Positions 54,401-64,000 of a DNA stretch of 64,000 nt are shown piece by piece; the stretch's first letter is position 1, and the number at the start of each line of letters is the position of its first letter. Both the position numbers and the translations under genes were made by a program. The DNA comes from Eledone cirrhosa (taxonomy: Eukaryota). Below the pieces are notes generated by a model. That model did not search any database, was not told the DNA's origin, and saw only the letters and a program-made list of their open reading frames with translations. The DNA is taken from the NCBI GenBank assembly GCA_964016885.1, contig OZ024741.1:407340001-407404000 (forward strand). Direction: 5' to 3'.

Positions 54401-57400
54401 AGGTACAGTCCTCATTGGTATCTTCTGATCAGTTTAATACACTGTAGTAAACTCTAGGTACAGTCCTCATTGGTATCTTCTCATCAGTTTAATACACTGT
54501 AGTAAACTCTAGGTACAGTTCTCATTGGTATCTTCTCATCAGTTTAATACACTGTAGTAAACTCTAGGTACAGTCCTCATTGGTATCTTCTCATCAGTTT
54601 AATACACTGTAGTAAACTCTAGGTACAGTCCTCATTGGTATCTTCTCATCAGTTTAATACACTGTAGTAAACTCTAGGTATAGTCCTCATTGGTATCTTC
54701 TCATCAGTTTAATACACTGTAGTAAACTCTAGGTACAGTCCTCATTGGTATCTTCTCATCAGTTTAATACACTGTAGTAAACTCTAGGTACAGTCCTCAT
54801 TGGTATCTTCTCATCAGTTTAATACACTGTAGTAAACTCTAGGTACAGTTCTCATTGGTATCTTCTCATCAGTTTAATTCACTGTAGTAAACTCTAGCTA
54901 CAGTCCTCATTGGTATCTTCTCATCAGTTTAATACACTGTAGTAAACTCTAGGTACAGTTCTCATTGGTATCTTCTCATCAGTTTAATACACTGTAGTAA
55001 ACTCTAGGTACAGTTCTCATTGGTATCTTCTCATCAGTTTAATACACTGTAGTAAACTCTAGGTACAGTTCTCATTGGTATCTTCTCATCAGTTTAATAC
55101 ACTGTAGTAAACTCTAGGTACAGTTCTCATTGGTATTTTCTCATCAGTTTAATTCACTGTAGTAAACTCTAGCTACAGTCCTCATTGGTATCTTCTGATC
55201 AGTTTAATACACTGTAGTAAACTCTAGGTACAGTTCTCATTGGTATCTTCTGATCAGTTTAATACACTGTAGTAAACTCTAGGTACAGTCCTCATTGGTA
55301 TCTTCTCATCAGTTTAATACACTGTAGTAAACTCTAGCTACAGTCCTCATTGGTATCTTCTCATCAGTTTAATACACTGTAGTAAACTCTAGGTACAGTC
55401 CTCATTGGTATCTTCTGATCAGTTTAATACACTGTAGTAAACTCTAGGTACAGTCCTCATTGGTATCTTCTCATCAGTTTAATACACTGTAGTAAACTCT
55501 AGGTACAGTCCTCATTGGTATCTTCTCATCAGTTTAATACACTGTAGTAAACTCTAGGTACATTCCTCATTGGTATCTTCTCATCAGTTTAATTCACTGT
55601 AGTAAACTCTAGCTACAGTCCTCATTGGTATCTTCTGATCAGTTTAATACACTGTAGTAAACTCTAGGTACAGTTCTCATTGGTATCTTCTGATCAGTTT
55701 AATACACTGTAGTAAACTCTAGGTACAGTCCTCATTGGTATCTTCTCATCAGTTTAATAAACTGTAGTAAACTCTAGGTACAGTCCTCATTGGTATCTTC
55801 TCATCAGTTTAATAAACTGTAGTAAACTCTAGGTACAGTCCTCATTGGTATCTTCTCATCAGTTTAATACACTGTAGTAAACTCTAGGTACAGTCCTCAT
55901 TGGTATCTTCTCATCAGTTTAATAAACTGTAGTAAACTCTAGGTACAGTCCTCATTGGTATCTTCTCATCAGTTTAATACACTGTAGTAAACTCTAGGTA
56001 CAGTCCTCATTGGTATCTTCTCATCAGTTTAATACACTGTAGTAAACTCTAGCTACAGTCCTCATTGGTATCTTCTGATCAGTTTAATACACTGTAGTAA
56101 ACTCTAGCTACAGTCCTCATTGGTATCTTCTCATCAGTTTAATACACTGTAGTAAACTCTAGGTACAGTCCTCATTGGTATCTTCTCATCAGTTTAATAC
56201 ACTGTAGTAAACTCTAGGTACAGTCCTCATTGGTATCTTCTGATCAGTTAAATACACTGTAGTAAACTCTAGGTACAGTCCTCATTGGTATCTTCTCATC
56301 AGTTTAATACACTGTAGTAAACTCTAGCTACAGTCCTCATTGGTATCTTCTCATCAGTTTAATACACTGTAGTAAACTCTAGGTACAGTCCTCATTGGTA
56401 TCTTCTCATCAGTTTAATACACTGTAGTAAACTCTAGCTACAGTCCTCATTGGTATCTTCTCATCAGTTTAATACACTGTAGTAAACTCTAGCTACAGTC
56501 CTCATTGGTATCTTCTCATCAGTTTAATACACTGTAGTAAACTCTAGGTACAGTCCTCATTGGTATCTTCTGATCAGTTTAATACACTGTAGTAAACTCT
56601 AGCTACAGTCCTCATTGGTATCTTCTCATCAGTTTAATACACTGTAGTAAACTCTAGCTACAGTCCTCATTGGTATCTTCTCATCAGTTTAATACACTGT
56701 AGTAAACTCTAGGTACTGTCCTCATTGGTATCTTCTCATCAGTTTAATACACTGTAGTGAACTCTAGGTACAGTTCTCATTGGTATCTTCTCATCAGTTT
56801 AATACACTGTAGTAAACTCTAGGTACAGTCCTCATTGGTATCTTCTGATCAGTTTAATACACTGTAGTAAACTCTAGCTACAGTCCTCATTGGTATCTTC
56901 TCATCAGTTTAATACACTGTAGTAAACTCTAGCTACAGTCCTCATTGGTATCTTCTCATCAGTTTAATACACTGTAGTAAACTCTAGGTACAGTCCTCAT
57001 TGGTATCTTCTCATCAGTTTAATACACTGTAGTAAACTCTAGGTACAGTTCTCATTGGTATTTTCTCATCAGTTTAATTCACTGTAGTAAACTCTAGCTA
57101 CAGTCCTCATTGGTATCTTCTGATCAGTTTAATACACTGTAGTAAACTCTAGGTACAGTTCTCATTGGTATCTTCTGATCAGTTTAATACACTGTAGTAA
57201 ACTCTAGGTACAGTCCTCATTGGTATCTTCTCATCAGTTTAATACACTGTAGTAAACTCTAGCTACAGTCCTCATTGGTATCTTCTCATCAGTTTAATAC
57301 ACTGTAGTAAACTCTAGGTACAGTCCTCATTGGTATCTTCTGATCAGTTTAATACACTGTAGTAAACTCTAGGTACAGTCCTCATTGGTATCTTCTCATC

Positions 57401-60400
57401 AGTTTAATACACTGTAGTAAACTCTAGGTACAGTCCTCATTGGTATCTTCTCATCAGTTTAATACACTGTAGTAAACTCTAGGTACATTCCTCATTGGTA
57501 TCTTCTCATCAGTTTAATTCACTGTAGTAAACTCTAGCTACAGTCCTCATTGGTATCTTCTGATCAGTTTAATACACTGTAGTAAACTCTAGGTACAGTT
57601 CTCATTGGTATCTTCTGATCAGTTTAATACACTGTAGTAAACTCTAGGTACAGTCCTCATTGGTATCTTCTCATCAGTTTAATAAACTGTAGTAAACTCT
57701 AGGTACAGTCCTCATTGGTATCTTCTCATCAGTTTAATAAACTGTAGTAAACTCTAGGTACAGTCCTCATTGGTATCTTCTCATCAGTTTAATACACTGT
57801 AGTAAACTCTAGGTACAGTCCTCATTGGTATCTTCTCATCAGTTTAATAAACTGTAGTAAACTCTAGGTACAGTCCTCATTGGTATCTTCTCATCAGTTT
57901 AATACACTGTAGTAAACTCTAGGTACAGTCCTCATTGGTATCTTCTCATCAGTTTAATACACTGTAGTAAACTCTAGCTACAGTCCTCATTGGTATCTTC
58001 TGATCAGTTTAATACACTGTAGTAAACTCTAGCTACAGTCCTCATTGGTATCTTCTCATCAGTTTAATACACTGTAGTAAACTCTAGGTACAGTCCTCAT
58101 TGGTATCTTCTCATCAGTTTAATACACTGTAGTAAACTCTAGGTACAGTCCTCATTGGTATCTTCTGATCAGTTAAATACACTGTAGTAAACTCTAGGTA
58201 CAGTCCTCATTGGTATCTTCTCATCAGTTTAATACACTGTAGTAAACTCTAGCTACAGTCCTCATTGGTATCTTCTCATCAGTTTAATACACTGTAGTAA
58301 ACTCTAGGTACAGTCCTCATTGGTATCTTCTCATCAGTTTAATACACTGTAGTAAACTCTAGCTACAGTCCTCATTGGTATCTTCTCATCAGTTTAATAC
58401 ACTGTAGTAAACTCTAGCTACAGTCCTCATTGGTATCTTCTCATCAGTTTAATACACTGTAGTAAACTCTAGGTACAGTCCTCATTGGTATCTTCTGATC
58501 AGTTTAATACACTGTAGTAAACTCTAGCTACAGTCCTCATTGGTATCTTCTCATCAGTTTAATACACTGTAGTAAACTCTAGCTACAGTCCTCATTGGTA
58601 TCTTCTCATCAGTTTAATACACTGTAGTAAACTCTAGGTACTGTCCTCATTGGTATCTTCTCATCAGTTTAATACACTGTAGTGAACTCTAGGTACAGTT
58701 CTCATTGGTATCTTCTCATCAGTTTAATACACTGTAGTAAACTCTAGGTACAGTCCTCATTGGTATCTTCTGATCAGTTTAATACACTGTAGTAAACTCT
58801 AGCTACAGTCCTCATTGGTATCTTCTCATCAGTTTAATACACTGTAGTAAACTCTAGCTACAGTCCTCATTGGTATCTTCTCATCAGTTTAATACACTGT
58901 AGTAAACTCTAGGTACAGTCCTCATTGGTATCTTCTCATCAGTTTAATACACTGTAGTAAACTCTAGCTACAGTCCTCATTGGTATCTTCTGATCAGTTT
59001 AATACGCTGTAGTAAACTCTAGGTACAGTCCTCATTGGTATCTTCTGATCAGTTTAATACACTGTAGTAAACTCTAGCTACAGTCCTCATTGGTATCTTC
59101 TCATCAGTTTAATACACTGTAGTAAACTCTAGCTACAGTCCTCATTGGTATCTTCTCATCAGTTTAATACACTGTAGTAAACTCTAGGTACAGTCCTCAT
59201 TGGTATCTTCTCATCAGTTTAATACACTGTAGTAAACTCTAGGTACAGTCCTCATTGGTATCTTCTGATCAGTTTAATACACTGTAGTAAACTCTAGCTA
59301 CAGTCCTCATTGGTATCTTCTCATCAGTTTAATACACTGTAGTAAACTCTAGCTACAGTCCTCACTGGTATCTTCTCATCAGTTTAATACACTGTAGTAA
59401 ACTCTAGGTACTGTCCTCATTGGTATCTTCTCATCAGTTTAATACACTGTAGTAAACTCTAGGTACAGTTCTCATTGGTATCTTCTCATCAGTTTAATAC
59501 ACTGTAGTAAACTCTAGGTACAGTTCTCATTGGGATTTTCTCATCAGTTTAATACACTGTAGTAAACTCTAGGTACAGTTCTTATTGGTATCTTCTCATC
59601 AGTTTAATACACTGTAGTAAACTCTAGGTACAGTTCTCATTGGTATCTTCTCATCAGTTTAATACACTGTAGTAAACTCTAGGTACAGTCCTCATTGGTA
59701 TCTTCTCATCAGTTTAATACACTGTAGTAAACTCTAGGTACAGTCCTCATTGGTATCTTCTGATCAGTTTAATACACTGTAGTAAACTCTAGGTACAGTT
59801 CTCATTGGTATCTTCTCATCAGTTTAATACACTGTAGTAAACTCTAGGTACAGTCCTCATTGGTATCTTCTCATCAGTTTAATACACTGTAGTAAACTCT
59901 AGGTACAGTTCTCATTGGTATCTTCTCATCAGTTTAATACACTGTAGTAAACTCTAGGTACAGTTCTTATTGGTATCTTCTCATCAGTTTAATACACTGT
60001 AGTAAACTCTAGGTACAGTCCTCATTGGTATCTTCTGATCAGTTTAATACACTGTAGTAAACTCTAGGTACAGTTCTCATTGGTATCTTCTCATCAGTTT
60101 AATACACTGTAGTAAACTCTAGGTACAGTCCTCATTGGTATCTTCTCATCAGTTTAATACACTGTAGTAAACTCTAGGTACAGTCCTCATTGGTATCTTC
60201 TCATCAGTTTAATACACTGTAGTAAACTCTAGGTACATTTCTCATTGGTATCTTCTCATCAGTTTAATACACTGTAGTAAACTCTAGGTACAGTTCTCAT
60301 TGGTATCTTCTCATCAGTTTAATACACTGTAGTAAACTCTAGGTACAGTTCTCATTGGTATCTTCTCATCAGTTTAATACACTGTAGTAAACTCTAGGTA

Positions 60401-63400
60401 CAGTTCTCATTGGTATCTTCTCATCAGTTTAATACACTGTAGTAAACTCTAGGTACAGTTCTCATTGGTATCTTCTCATCAGTTTAATACACTGTAGTAA
60501 ACTCTAGGTACAGTTCTCATTGGTATCTTCTCATCAGTTTAATACACTGTAGTAAACTCTAGGTACAGTCCTCATTGGTATCTTCTCATCAGTTTAATAC
60601 ACTGTAGTAAACTCTAGGTACAGTTCTCATTGGTATCTTCTCATCAGTTTAATACACTGTAGTAAACTCTAGGTACAGTCCTCATTGGTATCCTCTCATC
60701 AGTTTAATACACTGTAGTAAACTCTAGGTACAGTCCTCATTGGTATCTTCTCATCAGTTTAATACACTGTAGTAAACTCTAGGTACAGTCCTCATTGGTA
60801 TCTTCTGATCAGTTTAATAAACTGTAGTAAACTCTAGGTACAGTTCTTATTGGTATCTTCTCATCAGTTTAATACACTGTAGTAAACTCTAGGTACAGTC
60901 CTCATTGGTATGTTCTCATCAGTTTAATACACTGTAGTAAACTCTAGGTACAGTTCTCGTTGGTATCTTCTCATCAGTTTAATACACTGTAGTAAACTCT
61001 AGGTACAGTTCTCATTGGTATCTTCTCATCAGTTTAATACACTGTAGTAAACTCTAGGTACAGTTCTCATTGGTATCTTCTCATCAGTTTAATACACTGT
61101 AGTAAACTCTAGGTACAGTTCTCATTGGTATCTTCTCATCAGTTTAATACACTGTAGTAAACTCTAGGTACAGTCCTCATTGGTATCTTCTCATCAGTTT
61201 AATACACTGTAGTAAACTCTAGGTACAGTTCTCATTGGTATCTTCTCATCAGTTTAATACACTGTAGTAAACTCTAGGTACAGTCCTCATTGGTATCTTC
61301 TGATCAGTTTAATACACTGTAGTAAACTCTAGGTACAGTCCTCATTGGTATCTTCTCATCAGTTTAATACACTGTAGTAAACTCTAGGTACAGTTCTCAT
61401 TGGTATCTTCTCATCAGTTTAATACACTGTAGTAAACTCTAGGTACAGTCCTCATTGGTATCTTCTCATCAGTTTAATACACTGTAGTAAACTCTAGGTA
61501 CAGTCCTCATTGGTATCTTCTGATCAGTTTAATAAACTGTATTAAACTCTAGGTACAGTTCTTATTGGTATCTTCTCATCAGTTTAATACACTGTAGTAA
61601 ACTCTAGGTACAGTCCTCATTGGTATCTTCTGATCAGTTTAATACACTGTAGTAAACTCTAGGTACAGTCCTCATTGGTATCTTCTGATCAGTTTAATAC
61701 ACTGTAGTAAACTCTAGGTACAGTCCTCATTGGTATCTTCTCATCAGTTTAATACACTGTAGTAAACTCTAGGACCAGTCCTCATTGGTATCTTCTGATC
61801 AGTTTAATACACTGTAGTAAACTCTAGGTACAGTCCTCATTGGTATCTTCTCATCAGTTTAATACACTGTAGTAAACTCTAGGTACAGTCCTCATTGGTA
61901 TCTTCTCATCAGTTTAATACACTTTAGTAAACTCTAGGTACAGTCCTCATTGGTATCTTCTCATCAGTTTAATACACTGTAGTAAACTCTAGGTACAGTT
62001 CTCATTGGTATCTTCTCATCAGTTTAATACACTGTAGTAAACTCTAGGACCAGTCCTCATTGGTATCTTCTCATCAGTTTAATACACTGTAGTAAACTCT
62101 AGGTACAGTCCTCATTGGTATCTTCTCATCAGTTTAATACACTGTAGTAAACTCTAGGTACAGTCCTCATTGGTATCTTCTGATCAGTTTAATAAACTGT
62201 AGTAAACTCTAGGTAGAGGCCTCATTGGTATCTTCTGATCAGTTTAATAAACTGTAGTAAACTCTAGGTACAGTCCTCATTGGTATCTTCTGATCAGTTT
62301 AATAAACTGTAGTAAACTCTAGGTAGAGGCCTCATTGGTATCTTCTGATCAGTTTAATAAACTGTAGTAAACTCTAGGTACAGTCCTCATTGGTATCTTC
62401 TGATCAGTTTAATAAACTGTAGTAAACTCTAGGTAGAGGCCTCATTGGTATCTTCTGATCAGTTTAATAAACTGTAGTAAACTCTAGGTACAGTCCTCAT
62501 TGGTATCTTCTGATCAGTTTAATACACTGTAGTAAACTCTAGGTACAGTCCTCATTGGTATCTTCTCATCAGTTTAATAAACTGTAGTAAACTCTAGGTA
62601 GAGGCCTCATTGGTATCTTCTGATCAGTTTAATAAACTGTAGTAAACTCTAGGTACAGTCCTCATTGGTATCTTCTCATCAGTTTAATACACTGTAGTAA
62701 ACTCTAGGTACAGTCCTCATTGGTATCTTCTCATCAGTTTAATACACTGTAGTAAACTCTAGGTACAGTCCTCATTGGTATCTTCTGATCAGTTTAATAC
62801 ACTGTAGTAAACTCTAGGTACAGTCCTCATTGGTATCTTCTGATCAGTTTAATAAACTGTAGTAAACTCTAGGTAGAGGCCTCATTGGTATCTTCTGATC
62901 AGTTTAATAAACTGTAGTAAACTCTAGGTACAGTCCTCATTGGTATCTTCTGATCAGTTTAATAAACTGTAGTAAACTCTAGGTAGAGGCCTCATTGGTA
63001 TCTTCTGATCAGTTTAATAAACTGTAGTAAACTCTAGGTACAGTCCTCATTGGTATCTTCTCATCAGTTTAATACACTGTAGTAAACTCTAGGTACAGTC
63101 CTCTTTGTTATCTTCTCATCAGTTTAATACACTGTAGTAAACTCTAGGTACAGTCCTCATTGGTATATTCTCATCAGTTTAATACACTGTAGTAAACTCT
63201 AGGTACAGTCCTCATTGGTATCTTCTGATCAGTTTAATACACTGTAGTAAACTCTAGGTACAGTCCTCATTGATATCTTCTGATCAGTTTAATAAACTGT
63301 AGTAAACTCTAGGTACAGTCCTCATTGGTATCTTCTCATCAGTTTAATACACTGTAGTAAACTCTAGGTACAGTCCTCTTTGTTATCTTCTCATCAGTTT

Positions 63401-64000
63401 AATACACTGTAGTAAACTCTAGGTACAGTCCTCATTGGTATCTTCTGATCAGTTTAATAAACTGTAGTAAACTCTAGGTACAGTCCTCATTGGTATCTTC
63501 TGATCAGTTTAATACACTGTAGTAAACTCTAGGTACAGTCCTCATTGATATCTTCTGATCAGTTTAATAAACTGTAGTAAACTCTAGGTACAGTCCTCAT
63601 TGGTATCTTCTCATCAGTTTAATACACTGTAGTAAACTCTAGGTACAGTCCTCATTGGTATCTTCTCATCAGTTTAATACACTGTAGTAAACTCTAGGTA
63701 CAGTCCTCATTGGTATCTTCTCATCAGTATAATACACTGTAGTAAACTCTAGGTACAGTCCTCATTGGTATCTTCTCATCAGTTTAATACACTGTAGTAA
63801 ACTCTAGGTACAGTCCTCATTGGTATCTTCTCATCAGTTTAATACACTGTAGTAAACTCTAGGTACAGTCCTCATTGGTATCTTCTCATCAGTTTAATAC
63901 ACTGTAGTAAACTCTAGGTACAGTCCTCATTGGTATCTTCTGATCAGTTTAATACACTGTAGTAAACTCTAGGTACAGTCCTCATTGATATCTTCTGATC
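51406..64000. repeat. Highly homogeneous 55-bp satellite, ~229 copies, running off the window end
   Basis: Monomer AGTTTAATACACTGTAGTAAACTCTAGGTACAGTCCTCATTGGTATCTTCT(C/G)ATC; no indels or insertions seen. Confidence 0.98.

Noticed and set aside
51406-64000. Hammerhead-encoding satellite (CTGATGA on the minus strand of most monomers)
   Set aside because: No GAAA or compatible stems in the monomer, and the frequent C/G variant breaks the motif.

Overview
AT-rich, repeat-dense eukaryotic DNA, probably an octopod cephalopod (inferred from its SINEs and the molluscan-type intermediate filament gene). The only host coding sequence I can support is the 3' end of a cytoplasmic intermediate-filament gene: three spliced exons (2133-2237, 2360-2476, 8739-8777, + strand) encoding a lamin-tail domain, largely missed by the ORF track. 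The rest is microsatellite, three tandem arrays (46-, 60- and 55-bp monomers), SINEs and LINE fragments. The most notable signal is a group of short non-coding elements, most of them in or beside (TA)n. Several sequence-unrelated families share fold-back inverted arms, a minimal type-I hammerhead ribozyme motif (complete or partial) with a self-complementary loop III, and a covarying ACTC..GAGTRC bulged hairpin in the unpaired tail. This points to a Penelope-like/retrozyme-type system. Separately, one SINE family inserts repeatedly at ATTAT in the 60-bp satellite and is absent from the two arrays that lack this motif. All structures were read by eye; no folding or database search was run.
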